Below are positions 1-12,239 of a stretch of DNA of 64,000 nucleotides, in pieces (within the stretch, counting starts at the first letter, position 1; each line of letters starts with the position of its first letter). Source of the DNA: Tubulanus polymorphus (lineage: Eukaryota > Animalia > Nemertea). A model generated the notes under the pieces. It worked only from the letters and a program-made list of their open reading frames with translations, did not search any database and was not told where the DNA came from. The stretch covers positions 9,126,962-9,190,961 of the forward strand of contig NC_134034.1 in assembly GCF_964204645.1 (NCBI RefSeq). The letters are read 5' to 3'. The position numbers and the translations under genes are program-made.

Positions 1-13
1 CATAGAAGGGAAA

Positions 14-706
14 AAGATGGGTTTTAATTGAAATCTCTGATTTGAATGGTGACCGTACCTACACTGTGCGTGGTGTAAACGGTGGCGTGTATCGCAGAAA
101 CCGTGTGCATATCCCTCCAACCTGTGTCAAACCCTGTCTGCTAGTCGGTGATCCTAGCGAAACCGTATTATTCGAACATTCGATAGTTCCGAAACACAAT
201 TGAAAGCAGGTGACACTAGCCGTGGTGCTCACTCCTCCGTATCTGAGAAATTGTGTTATGATAAGAAGACAATCATAAGTTTGATTAATTTGATTTAGAA
301 TTAGAGATTTGTATTTTGATAGTTTTCATGGGTCATAGTATCTTAGGAAAAGGGGATGTTGATGAAGTTAGTTCATATTCATATTCCTAGTTTGCTGTAA
401 CCCAATCCGTGTATTACTGAAAACGGGATTCTGTATACGTGTACTGTATGCTACGTGGTAGTGATAGCCGAGCAGAAATAAACATCATATATTCTGTTAA
501 ATATATCGTAAAAATAAATATATTGTATTAATATGAACGGACCTAACGTTCGAATAATTCCGCTAGGATCACTGACTAGCAGACGGGGTTTGACACAGGT
601 TGGGCGGACATGCACACGGTTTCAGCGATACACGCCACCGTTTACACCACGCACAGTGTAGGTACGGTCACCATTCGAATCAGTGATTTCACCTAAAACC
701 CATCTT
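14..706. mobile_element. Non-autonomous foldback/MITE-like element with ~146-bp terminal inverted repeats
   Basis: 14-159 (AAGATGGGTTTTA...ATCCTAGCG) is the near-perfect reverse complement of 561-706 (CGCTAGGATC...AAAACCCATCTT). The interior is AT-rich and non-coding. No clean TSD. Confidence 0.7.
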
Positions 707-883
707 AGGAAATTTATGCAGATTAGGATACAATGGGACAGCACAATACAAAGTCATTTTCGGCTTTTATTCAGTGTCATTTTCACAGAATGTCTATGGT
801 TTCCCTTACAAGGAAATAAAAACAATGCCCTCTAGTACAGTGCTTCAAAATTTTGCTGTGGCATATTGTTCTGCTAACCTGTC

Positions 884-1762
884 CAAGGCTGTAAATAAGC
901 GGCCGGTCACGGACATTGGCCGGCTCAAAACGCTACGATGTCCGTTGCAAAATCGCTCATGCCTGTCACGCTGACCGGCACGAAAATTTTCATGGTTCTA
1001 ATAGTTTTAGCTTTTTTGAACCCATATGAAAATAAATAGCGCCGTTTCCTATCACCGATCAATTAATTCCGATGTTTATTGCGATAAATCGCGCCAGTTG
1101 TCTTCTGATCAATTCCGTTGCTTATTGCGGTGAAATCGCGCTACCGTATTTTCTGGCCAATAAGCTGACTTGGCCAATAAGCCGAGGGCATTTTTTTAGC
1201 CTAAAATACATGGATTTCATTAAGCTTCGCCCAATAAGCTGAAGCCATTCATCAGAGATTTTAATTCACTGATTTGTCAATTAGTTCAACTTAATTGACG
1301 ATCTAAGAGGCTGACAATAGCGCCCGCCGATGTGTGAGAATGCTGTGTATACTATCATCGCCGAATGACTGTGCTCTCACTCAGCTGATTACTATACACA
1401 CAGCCATACACGCAGTACGCGGCTCACTGCTGATTTGCATATATACTAATGTATGAACTGACACGTGGTAGTACGATGAACTCGCTCGTTATATAAATGT
1501 ATACCATTGCCGCTGTGCAGTGATGAAACAATCAAAGTAAAAATAAAATAGTTCAAAATAGATTATAATTGGTAGTAAATAATGACCTCAAATAAATATC
1601 GACCACTTTTCTTGATTTTGACGGCACCAAAATCATTGTCAGGCACCATACAGTTGGTGCCTGACATGTAAATGGCAGGAACCAACTCATTAATGTCAGG
1701 CAGCATTATAGTTGGTGCCTGACATGTGACAGGCACTGGCAAAAAAATTATTTACAGGCTTG
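884..1762. mobile_element. Non-autonomous TIR DNA transposon with 5-bp TSD
   Basis: TIRs CAAGGCTGTAAATAA (884-898) and TTATTTACAGGCTTG (1748-1762), flanked by direct repeat CTGTC (879-883, 1763-1767). It contains a Tc2/pogo-like terminus TA|CCGTATTTTC at ~1144. Confidence 0.7.
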
Positions 1763-3080
1763 CTGTCTTTAAATTAGAGAATATTTTCGATAGCCTCTTT
1801 CAATTCGTGAAGAGTTGCTTCTGTTTGCTTGATTTTGGCATCATTTGGTGCTACTAGTCCGTCACTATTCCGGCTTCAAAATCACTGCATGCACTCTTCC
1901 TGGGTCTCAGTACACATTCACGAATTGTGTTCGATTTACTAGATGTTGCACTTCTTAATTTCATCTGTTCAATCGATACTGCCTCGTGTTTTTTTTACAC
2001 ACTGGACATCCTGGTCACTGCACCAATGTAGAAATTCTCGAGATGGGACCAGGACAAAGCTTCAGTAAAGCCGGTAGAAGAAAGACAACTTAACTTATTG
2101 GCTGCATTCATATAACTGATTTTATTGCCACTATAGTGATCATATAACTTCTGTTGTCAAGAACACATCGGGTTTGCGTTTCAGTACAGCGTGAGAATGT
2201 TTATATCTCACAGTTTTCTCACAGAATCGGTTTACCGACAAGCCTCGTGCCTTGCATTCTTGGAGACATTGCAGAGAACTTGCTTACATCAGAATTCGTG
2301 AGACCAGGCATTTTTGTCTGGGGTAGGCAAGTTGCTAAGTAGAGTCAATTCATTGAGAATAGGAGAAACATTTCTATTCTGAGGTAAGCAAATTCATGAC
2401 ATTTGATTTCGAGTTTCGAATCTTTGGCTGTGATGTCTGATGGAAGGTTAAGACACTCAATATTGGACTCAATATATGCAGCAAAGGGTGACTAAACCAT
2501 CCCCATGCATTACAGTCTTGCCTAGGATGACTCTCCACTGACAACATGTACGAGTAGATAAGTGGTGATAGTCGACCGGGAATCAGTAACTTTGGTCGAA
2601 AGGGAGGAAAAATCAACCTGTATGACCTGAGGGCCCATGCGTGCGCTGTGTTTGAACTTCTTTAGGACTATTTGGAGACCAAAGGCGTGGTGAAAGTCAC
2701 GTCTTCGAGTTGTACCACACTCGACGTTAAAGAGCACATGCCATCATCCTGACATCCCATAGTTTCTCTATCATATGTTAGGTATATGTTTGATATTCAT
2801 GAAAATATGAATTTTATGTGTGAAAAATAAGTGTATCATAAAAGAAAATGCTTTTAGATCTTGTCTTCAAGCCACCGATTTTCTGCTAAAAATAGCTGTG
2901 TTAGTTCCCAATTTCAAACGGAAGATGGCGTGGATTATGACGTGATTGGTGCTAAACAACTGAGAGTGCCATTCTCCTACTATTGTCATTGTAAATGTTC
3001 TTAACAAAGGACCTCAAATGCCCGACAACGGGTTCAGTGATTTGGAGTTAATTCAGGAGGATAATAATATCCAACCTTAA

Positions 3081-3163
3081 ATAATAAGATAAAATCCCAC
3101 AATTTACAAATTCTGGTTTTTAAATTCTTTTAATCTGTAAATTGTGGGATTTTATCTTATTAT
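3081..3163. repeat. Perfect 28-bp inverted repeat (hairpin / mini-MITE)
   Basis: ATAATAAGATAAAATCCCACAATTTACA (3081-3108) is exactly complementary to 3136-3163, with a 27-nt spacer. Confidence 0.9.
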
Positions 3164-3189
3164 CCGTTCACCACGGTTGAGTGTGGTTA

Positions 3190-3345
3190 TCGTTCAACCA
3201 TACATGTTTGAACCAGTGAAAAGACCTAATTCTGACAACAAAGCTGGCATTGAATCAAGTTCATCTGACAATAGTAGTAGAAGTAGTGACGAAGGTTTTT
3301 TAGAGTTCAGTTCATTTCTTTCGGCATGGACGTTTCGGTGTAGGT
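3190..3345 (+). pseudogene. KolX (Kolobok accessory, P2X7 C-terminal-like protein) N-terminal remnant
   Basis: QPYMFEP followed by a Ser/Asp-rich tract and W..RC. It is convergent with the Kolobok transposase immediately to the right, the usual Kolobok layout. Confidence 0.45.
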
Positions 3346-5606
3346 GATTCAACTGTTGTTGCATTCCGTTTTCTTCCCTCACAAGGTGATTTCACTGGCA
3401 GTTGGAATCTGCTTATGTGTGTCAGGATTACTTCTTCCTTAGTGATATCGGACCGGTTGTATTGATGTGCTAAATTTTCCAAGTTCGGGGTAATCCTCTT
3501 CCATGTCTCAGATGCCTCTGAAATTGTGCATTGTTTTCGCACATGCCAAACTTTACTGTAGCACTGAGAGACATAGTCTTAAGTGAGAAATAATGAAATA
3601 TAACTTTTGTTATACCATATTATATGTATCTAAAAGCTTCCCTATGATTCTCGAACTTACTAAATGTCATAGGAACTTAAACTTGTTTAGCCACTGCTGC
3701 GTCATCTTTATGTTTAAAGAAATACAGCTGAAACTGTTCACTTCCATTTATGGTGACTGCCTGTTCACGATTGCTTTTTTCATTGAAGTGTAATGCTGAT
3801 AGTTGAAGTCTACAAATGAAAAGGAACAATGAAAACAGTTAGATAAAGTTAGTTGAAAAATTAATGAAAAACCAGCTATTCAAACATAGACAAAAAAGAG
3901 TATCATCAGTGATTAAAATAACTAGAATTCAGAAGCATTTGAGATGCATTTATTTTATCTAAATTACCTTGCATTCATGGAATCAAAGAAATAATGCTGA
4001 TCCTTTGGTGCAAAGCGTACGACCAGGCAATGATACGACTCAATACTTGAAGTTTGCGCAGCTGGTGATATCTTCCCGATATCTGCAAGAAGACCTTTCG
4101 CCAGGACTATATTCTTCAAAACTTAATGGGCAGCAGAACCTAAAAATCAAATATGTCATGTATGAGGGGAGATTTGAAAAAAGAAAATCATTCAAAATGG
4201 AAATATCACTGTCTCGACCTGTATTTTGATCTTACCTTTCTTCATCCAGTTTCTTGTCTCTAAATCTCCATGCGCGCAAGTTTCGAACTTGTCACTGTCA
4301 TGTTCGTGTACGTCAACAACGTGATTAATTATTGACTTCCATTTGTCAACTACCAACTCAGCATCGCCTCCACTGCTTCCAGCAACCCAATACATGTGGT
4401 TGCTCAAGGCTTTCGACCAATCCTTCAGGATAGCAAACTTTTTGGTTTTAGCCTTTTTTTTTCAACTTTTTTGAAAACTGAAAAAGGTATGAAATTTTGA
4501 TAAACAGTATTCAACATATGTCAGTTCGAATCTAATTTATAACAGCTGATTTCGATGATTAGCAATTCTCATCACCAGTGATTTATGTGAATGTCAGAAT
4601 TTATTATTGATGACATCAGAAGATTACCTTTTGCTAAGTGCCAGCCATCAAACGAATGTTGTATAGTAGGGTGGTTTTGCTTATACTTCTTTATCTGCTG
4701 GTGCCCATCTGTTGTTATTTGATCAATTTCAAGTTTGCAGAAAGTCTAAGGATCATTTGAAACCTTCCAACTCCATCACGTTCGAACTAGTAACTTCGTT
4801 GCTCTGAAAAAAATGTATTGATTTTCTTTAAAACATCACAAATGAAAGTGCCGATTCAATACATCTAGTCACATAGAATGTTACCAGTGCCACCTTACAT
4901 TAGATGCAAAATCTAAAAACTGACTCATGAGAATAATGATCTATGCACTACCTGTACTAGCTGGAAGTCAAGAATCTTTGAGTCAACCATGTCCATTAAA
5001 GAATATGAGCCATATTTGGTTGTGTGTCCACTCGAGTCACACCTTCCATCTCAACCTAAAATCAATTTATTCTCGGCAGTTTTTCTCTCGTCGATCAATT
5101 GTTTCTGACTCGATTTCCACACATTATCAACTGCCATACACAGATAACTTGACTGTAATTTGAAGTAATGACGAACACCGAACATAGACAGTCCTAAGTT
5201 CTTACAGAAATTAACAAATTTGGTAGGGCTCAATGCCCCAAAAAATACACCGGCTGCAATCAACAAATTTCCAATGGGCATTTTCTGATGTCTTGGCTGG
5301 GAGGACCACACCCAAAATGCGTTTCATATGTCACCGAAGATCCTGTCATGCAATGCTTCGTAATCTTGCATGGGGAAAGGCATTTTTGACATACTGACAG
5401 TAACGAAACAATAGCCGATTCAAAACAAATGAATTTTCTTTCATTTTGCGGATCATCTAAATTTGCACCTGTATTGACATGGGGTAATTCACTGGTATCG
5501 ACATCTTCACAGCTGTAGAAAATAAGAATAAAATTCAAACCATTTGATTAATTTTGTAGGGTTTCACACTGAAAAATATACTTGATCTCTAAAGGGTTTC
5601 CGTGTG

Positions 5607-6809
5607 TTATTAGCCCACTTGGGACTTTAGTCCCAGCGGGCTATTGCGTTCACTTTTCGTCCGTCGTTCGTCTGTAGACGGAATCCAGTTATTTTGGGAA
5701 GTTTTGAAGACGCTTCAAGGTAATGTCTTGATATTTGGGTTACACATGTTTTGGCGAACAGCCATTGTTGTTCGCCAAAATCAGCACTTTTTACACATTT
5801 CTGAACTTTTTGAGGGAAATTTTGAAGACGCTTTGATCAATTACCTTAATCTTTCGGATATATGTGAATCCCCCCTGGGCCCATCAACATAACAAAAATT
5901 GGGTCGGTCGGACTCAAGATGGCCGTCCTATGACCTTTTGCCCAAAAATGTTAACTTTGTCCCGAATTCTGAGTCCTGTAGCTTCCTACTGGTTTGCCAT
6001 TTCTCATTACAATTTGTGATGGGTATTCTTTGGAAAGGGATGTTTTATACCTGAGACAGGTATTTTTCATCAGCCAATTATGACGCAATTGGCGGCCATC
6101 TTGGTGTCACCAGTACTCATTCGTAAGTGGGAAAAAGTTTTTCCACATTATATTAATACCTAAGCGTATTTTGATACCACAATCAATTAGAAAGTTGTAG
6201 CTCATGACGTGTTCTATGATTGTGGTGAGTTTCAAGGTAATTGGATTTCGTATATGGCCACCAGGGGGCGTTGAATAATACAATATCTTAGCATTTCTTT
6301 ATTATATTCGTACCTATGCATATTTTGTAACCACAATCAATTGGAAAGTAGTAGCTCATGACATCATCTATGATTGTTGCGAGTTTTAAGGACATTAGTT
6401 ATTCTATAAGGTCACCAGGGGGCGTTGAATAGTAGAATAACTTAGTATTTCCTTATTATATTGCTACCTAGGCATGTTTTGTTACCATGATCAATTGCAA
6501 AGTTGTAGTTCATGACATGTTCTATGATTGTGGTGAGTTTCGAGGTCATTGGGTTTTGAATATGGTCTTCAGGAGGCGTTGAATAGTAGAATGACTTAGT
6601 ATTTCCATATTAAATTGGTAACGAGGCATATTTTGTAATCACAATCAATTACAAAATCGTAGCTGCTGACATGTTCTATGATTGTGGTGAGTTTCAAGGT
6701 CATTGGTTTTTGTAAATGGTCACCAGGGGGCGTTGAATGTTGAAATTGTTAGATTGTTGAGCATTTGAAACCACTTCCCAAGTGGGCATGGTGTCCCTGG
6801 ACCCCTAGT
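5607..6809 (+). mobile_element. Helentron/HINE-like non-autonomous rolling-circle element, full-length copy 1
   Basis: 5' subterminal IR AGCCCACTTGGGA with an adjacent partial inverted copy, a (GTCC/GTCT)-type microsatellite and an internal tandem array. The 3' end has the subTIR TCCCAAGTGGGC, a short hairpin GGTGTCCCTGGACCCC and a CTAGT end. Related copies start at 8243 and 14536. Confidence 0.8.
6170..6740. repeat. Tandem array, ~154-bp unit x ~4, inside the Helentron-like element
   Basis: The motif GTAGCTCATGAC..TTCTATGATTGTGGTGAGTTTCAAGG recurs at ~6192, 6348, 6501 and 6655. Confidence 0.85.
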
Positions 6810-7559
6810 ATATGAATAGCAATATGTTATTCATTTGACATAGACCATAGAAACATTTACTCCAAATGCTCAATTTTGCAATGAAATATTATATGGAGAC
6901 TTACTCTGATGAATCTTCATCATTGTGATCCCACGTGGGGTCGTAATATTCATCATCAAGTTCATCATCACTTTCAATTTCACTGTCATGGAAATCATCA
7001 TTTGCTGTTTCAGATTCCAGGAGTTCACATTGAACACTCTTATCCAATTTAAAAGTTATTCCATCTGTCTGAATTCGTTTTGATGATGATGTAGGCTTGA
7101 TGTTGCATTGCACTAACCGATTACGGTGTTCCTGGAAATCCGATTTATAAAAACTGGTAGTGAGACAATAACAATTAGAGTATAAGGATATACAATCACT
7201 TACAACCATGCCAGTATTTGTCCCGATACTCCTAATAGGTAGAGAAAAATCATCAATATTATCCAATGAAGGAGTTGGCACTAAAGGTTGTTCGATGGAA
7301 CTATCCACAACCACAACTTTTACTTTTCTTGGACTTGGAATTAGATCTTTCACTATCTAAAAACAGATGAAAAACATTAAGTTAAAAATGCGAATGGTGC
7401 TGAAAGAAAATGGGATTCAATTTGGAAAATGAATTACCTAATTTTAATTGTGTATCAACCTACCTTTACATGATCTCTTTTCTCGATGGCTCTGCTTGGT
7501 CTAGGACTGGGCGTACTAGCTACTGTGAGTGTGACCGGTGACGCGGATGAAGTTGGTCC

Positions 7560-7816
7560 TGGTCACTGTCATCGTCGACTGCACTGGAAAATGATGGGCG
7601 GGATTTAACTAGCCAGTAATAAACGTGTCTATAGTTGAATAATTGAGGTAGTGACTCTGGCTTGAACTCACTACAGCCAGTTATCGGTATGAGTGTAGGC
7701 TTAATTGTCGTATTTGCTGATTTGTTTTGTTCTAGCATCTTCTTTTCATACCATTTTCCCTTATCAATCTTGATGTCAATCTGTCTTGATGCCAAATGCT
7801 CTAGCATCCTCACATC
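7560..7816 (-). pseudogene. Exon fragment of a TE accessory protein (resembles the region upstream of SWIM in SAP-SWIM-YqaJ proteins)
   Basis: ORF 7520-7813 contains LPQLFNYRHVYYWLV, similar to the LP.F....IY.YLV motif. A splice acceptor lies at ~7817. The family assignment is weak. Confidence 0.3.
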
Positions 7817-8242
7817 TGCAAAAAAATAAGAAAATACACAATTTAGGATGTTTGCAATTGTAAAGAAAAATGTTGCTTTTTAATGAGGGAAATCAAAATA
7901 TTCATATTAGAAATATTCAATAAACCTTGGCTTTGAGTGTACAATAAGTATATATTTAATTGTTATCAGCATGAATTATATTTCAAATCAGTTCTTCATG
8001 TCATTTAAATACCAAATTCCAATTTTCTTAACATTTTTGTTCTAAAATAAATCGCTTAGAAATTGTTGTTTGAAAATAAATCTTTAAGCCATTGGAATTA
8101 AGTAAAATTTTTATGCAATTTGAAACCAATTAACCTTTTGTTTACAGTAATTTACAGAATATATACTATGAACTATACGTTTCATAAGGCCTATGAAAGT
8201 ATGGTATCAGTTAACCGTCACCTCAAAGGTTGATGAGGTTCA

Positions 8243-8571
8243 TTTTTAGCCCACTTGGGACTTTAGTCCCAGTGGGCTATTGCGTTCACTTTTCGTCCGT
8301 CCGTAGACGGAATCCAGTTATTTTGGGAAGTTTTGAAGACGCTTCAAGGTAACGTCATGATATTTGGGTTACACATGTATCTACCCTAGACCCATCTTCA
8401 GCCCAAAAACTGGCCCTGTCAGAATCAAGATGGCCGACTGGCAGCCATTGTTGTTCGCCAAAATCAGCACTTTTTACACATTTTTGAACTTTTTGAGGGA
8501 AATTTTGAAGATGCTTTGATCAATTAGCTTGATCTTTTGGATATATGTGAATCCCCCAGGGCCCATCAGCA
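8243..8571 (+). mobile_element. Helentron/HINE-like element, 3'-truncated copy 2
   Basis: Near-identical to the 5' part of 5607-6809 and 14536-17250. Confidence 0.8.
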
Positions 8572-9042
8572 TTATTTATATCATGTTTTATACATCGCGT
8601 GTAGCTACTCCAAAAAGAAGATATACTTACATTCTTTAAGCCCGGCTCAGATCGACCTTGCGACGCAACTCAACTGTCGGCGACTATCGTAGATTGCACT
8701 CAGATCTAATTCAGCAATTATCGCCGACCAGTTGCTATCGGTCGTACGATTGAACGCGAGCGCGCTCACATCGACACCGATACACCGACTTGTAACGTCC
8801 TCGCGAATGGATCATGTGACTCGTTCAAAATGGCGCCACACAGAATGCAGGTACGCGCACACAAATTTTCCCCATAAAAATATAAAATATGCCTAATTAT
8901 TCCATAATCTCTCCATCTAATTAGCGAAATTATAGTGAGAAAGCAATTTAAATTACCTCTAGGGATTCAAATTTTTGTTTATGATTCTATTTGATTTTAT
9001 ATTCATAATTTTTAGATTTGTCAACAAAGGCTTTATATCAAC

Positions 9043-11136
9043 ATGATTCAAAGACGTCGTAGACAGGCAGCTACAGCAGTCGCGTTAGCTGTCTCTCTAG
9101 GCTTAGAAGAGAAGCAAAAAAAAAGAATTTGGAAGAAGGATTGGCTTCATCGTCACGACCAACAAGGTGTTTTTTGCAATTTAATGAGGGAGTTGAACTT
9201 GCAAGACCAGGAGTCGTTTCAAAACTTCTTCAGAATGTCTGTTGAAAATTTTGAACACCTGACTGATCTTGTTTCTGGCAGAATCAGCCGGCAAACCACA
9301 AATTTCCGAAAGCCAGTTCCACCTGCAGAAAGGCTTGCAGTTACTTAAAGGTATCTGGCCACAGGTAAGACAACACAATTTTTTTAAAGTGAATATCAAA
9401 ATTTATTGTTGCAAAGTTTACATTAATACTGATTGTCAATACTATTGATGCTAAAAATATACTACTGTACTGTTGCTCTGCTATAGTTTAGATGTACAAC
9501 AGTATTGGTAATACTTAAACCATTACATAACACATATTTTCAGGAGAATCCTATAAAAGTCTATCGTATTCCTTTCGGCTTGGAGCCACGACAATAGGTG
9601 AAATTGTTCCCGAGACGTGTCGAGCAATTTATGAAGTATTGAAAGATGACTATCTAAAAGTAAGTTAGAGTCAAATACATTTGTATTTACTATTATACCT
9701 AAACACCTAATACCAGTTTTGAGAATATGATGGCTCTGCCAGCATTTGCATGTAGGATGCACCCTCATTTCGAGCCTGGTACCGATCAGGCTGGTGTTGA
9801 GCTGATGGGTACTTTGGTGCTTCCATGTTTGCCAATTCAGCTTCTCCCAGAGCTTGATTTATTTTGTTTGTAGCTTCATAGCGTATACGGACATTTGTTA
9901 TTTTTCTCAGTTTGCTAGCAATTAATCTCCCAAAAATATCCATCTCATCTTCTGAAGGAATCTCCGGATATTCAATGGGCCTATCCATTGCATTGGCGAT
10001 TGTCTCCAAAAGGCTAGTTGTAGTTTTTTGAGATTCAGCCGATTTTCTTTTGGTTGGACCTGGATTGTTCCTATGCTTTTTAGCTGGCTCCAGAACTGAT
10101 GTTTCTAACAGATCATCTTCGGTATCGGCATGTTTCCTTTTGGATTGGTCCGGAGCCTTGGGCTTTTTAGCGGAGTCCAGAATTGAATTTTCAGATTGAG
10201 CATCATCATCATTGTCACTTGAACTGCTGGCACCTTCATCGATCTCTTCTTCAACATTGGGATCAATATTTTCAATTTCTTGGCTATTATTGAGCTAGAA
10301 AAGAATTTAAAAAAAAAAATTACAAATTGATTTTTATTTTCAATTTTCAGATGCCAGAAACACCAGAGGAATGGAAAAAAATTGCAACGACGTTCAATGA
10401 TAAATGGAATTTCCCACATACATTTGGAGCAATCGATGGAAAACATATAGCGTTAAGAGCTCCAAATAACTCGGGCTCAACATACTTCAACTATAAGAAC
10501 TTTTTCAGCATTGTTCAAATGGCACTTGTTGATGCTGACTACAAGTTTATTTACGTCGATGTTGGATGTAATGGAAGGGTATCAGATGGAGGGGTTTTTG
10601 CAGGATGCAGTTTACTGCAGGCCCTTAATCAAAGACTGGCAAACATTCCGGAACCAGAATGTTTGCCAGATTCGGACATTATGATGTCCTACCACATTGT
10701 TGGCGACGATGCATTTCCCCTGAGGGACGATTTGATGAAACCGTTTCCGTTTCGAAACATGACAACTGAACTAAGAATTTTTTACTATCGTCTTTCAAGA
10801 GCCCGCCGGGTAGTTGAAAATGCGTTTGGAATAATGTCATCAAAATTTAGGGTTTTCCTAAGTCGGATACCACTTAGTCCGGAGAAGGCAGAAATTTTGG
10901 TGCTTGCCTCGTGTGCCCTGCATAATTTTCTGAGGTCACGTGCCGATATAATCTATAACAGTGGTGTAGACGGCTTGGAACTGGATGAAGGTATGAGGGT
11001 GGAACCAAACTTAATGTCATGTGGAATTCCACACAGCAACTATGCTGGTACTCAACCAAAGGAAAAGAGAAATAAGTTGATGGACTACTTGAACAGTGCT
11101 GCTGGGGCAGTTGCTTGGCAACATGCGATGATATGA
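9043..11136 (+). pseudogene. Harbinger (HARBI1-like, DDE_Tnp_4) transposase; exons 9043-9364, 9544-9659, 10351-11136; one premature TAA at 9346-9348
   Basis: Motifs FQNFFRMS, RLAVT*RYLATG|ESY, GAIDGKH, SDGGVF, GDDAFPL and RRVVENAFG. The GT-AG introns keep phase. Confidence 0.9.
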
Positions 11137-11939
11137 ACTTTATAACCTTATAACTTTATATATCATTTATACTGCATATATGCATGACAAAATAAATAGT
11201 ATTATTATTACCTCAAAAGTGCTGACAGTTTCTCGTCCTTTTATATGTGGCCTCAAAAAACTCAAATGCGTAGCAATCCATTCTTGTCTTGGTGTTCTAC
11301 CTTTTCTGCCCGAGCCTGATGCTGGGCATTTTATTACTCTTCCAAATAGTGTCCTGAGTGTTTTGATACGAACGGTTATATCACTTGCTAAATAGAAAAT
11401 AAAAAATTGGAAATATTAAGTTTGCTCATAAAATCATTCAGAAGACATGTATATCGAAATATTTAAAAAAAAGTTAAAAGCTTTTTATTGTTGATCAAAC
11501 ATTAATGTATGTGCAAATAGGCATTTCTCTTTCCTAGGCTAATGAAATTTTTTATTACGAACGAATAAATATGATTTTGACAGAAAAATGTACTGAATTT
11601 ACTAAAATCTATTTCTTTCATATTTTTTAATAAGGAATTATCCGAATACCCCAAATAATAAGTCATTTATTCCAAGAAAATCACAGAAATAAAATGTTAC
11701 TATAAGCGGGATTCGAACCCAACCACGCAGTAACGCGACGAGCTTTCGTGTTTTAATCGTTTAAGTTGCGTTTTTAACTGCTTCTTACCAGATCTATTGA
11801 GCTCTTTAGCCATTTCATCTATTGCCTTTCTTTTTTTGTCCCTATCGGAGTACTCTTTTGATGATATTTTATAGAGGCATGGTCTCTCTTCCCACATTAC
11901 AATCAGGCTTTCTTCTTCGGTCGTCCATGAGGTCGCCAT
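9707..11939 (-). CDS. Harbinger MADF/Myb-SANT DNA-binding protein, ~304 aa; exons 11939-11789, 11387-11212, 10294-9707
   Basis: MATSWT..LIVMWEERPCLY..EYSDRDKK|..RIKTLRTLFGR..SGSG..W....FLRPHI, an acidic linker and a BESS-like C terminus (DEMDIFGRLIASKLRKI). The splice phases give an uninterrupted frame. Confidence 0.85.
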
Positions 11940-12239
11940 GTTGATTTTTCATTCGCCGCTCTGATTGGCTAAAATTTATAGCGCAGTCGGCAACCGATCG
12001 TAGAAACGCACACATCGACGATGACGAGTCGGCGACTGGTTCCGTCGCGTCGTAGAAGTAGAACATGTTCAACTTCTGCGACTGAGTCGCCGATGGTGAA
12101 AAACTGTCGCACGACGGTCGTAGCTACACTCAGATCAGCCCCCCTTTACTGCGGGCTATCGCAATTTAGTTTTCTATGCTTACTAAAATTTAATTGAATT
12201 TCACTTGAATTTTTCCAAATGAGAAATAGCATATTTATT

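Larger units (their letters stand above)
3312..7560 (-). pseudogene. Kolobok-type DDE transposase, multi-exon, degraded and 5' truncated
   Basis: Spliced fragments: RKFICFESAI..CQKC, WSSQP..GNLLIAAG, a degenerate LG.DG..DS.GH..KYGSY motif, FDGWHLAK, NHMYW, SIINHV..HEH..CAHG, QTSSIESYH..FAPK, LSALHFNE..REQA, and C-terminal HISRF. Several stops and frameshifts. One intron carries the 5607-6809 repeat. Confidence 0.8.
8639..12140. mobile_element. PIF/Harbinger DNA transposon (transposase plus MADF/Myb-SANT gene)
   Basis: Left terminus TTA|AGCCCGGCTCAGATC, with GC-rich subterminal GTCG/CGAC repeats at both ends. The right TIR appears truncated. It carries the two characteristic genes on opposite strands. 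Confidence 0.85.

Noticed and set aside
1950-2760. Coding-like stretch with several short minus-strand ORFs
   Set aside because: I could not assign any motif in any frame.
11704-11745. GCGGGATTCGAACCC, a tRNA B-box-like motif on the reverse strand
   Set aside because: No cloverleaf or A box can be built. At most it is a SINE-like scrap in an intron.
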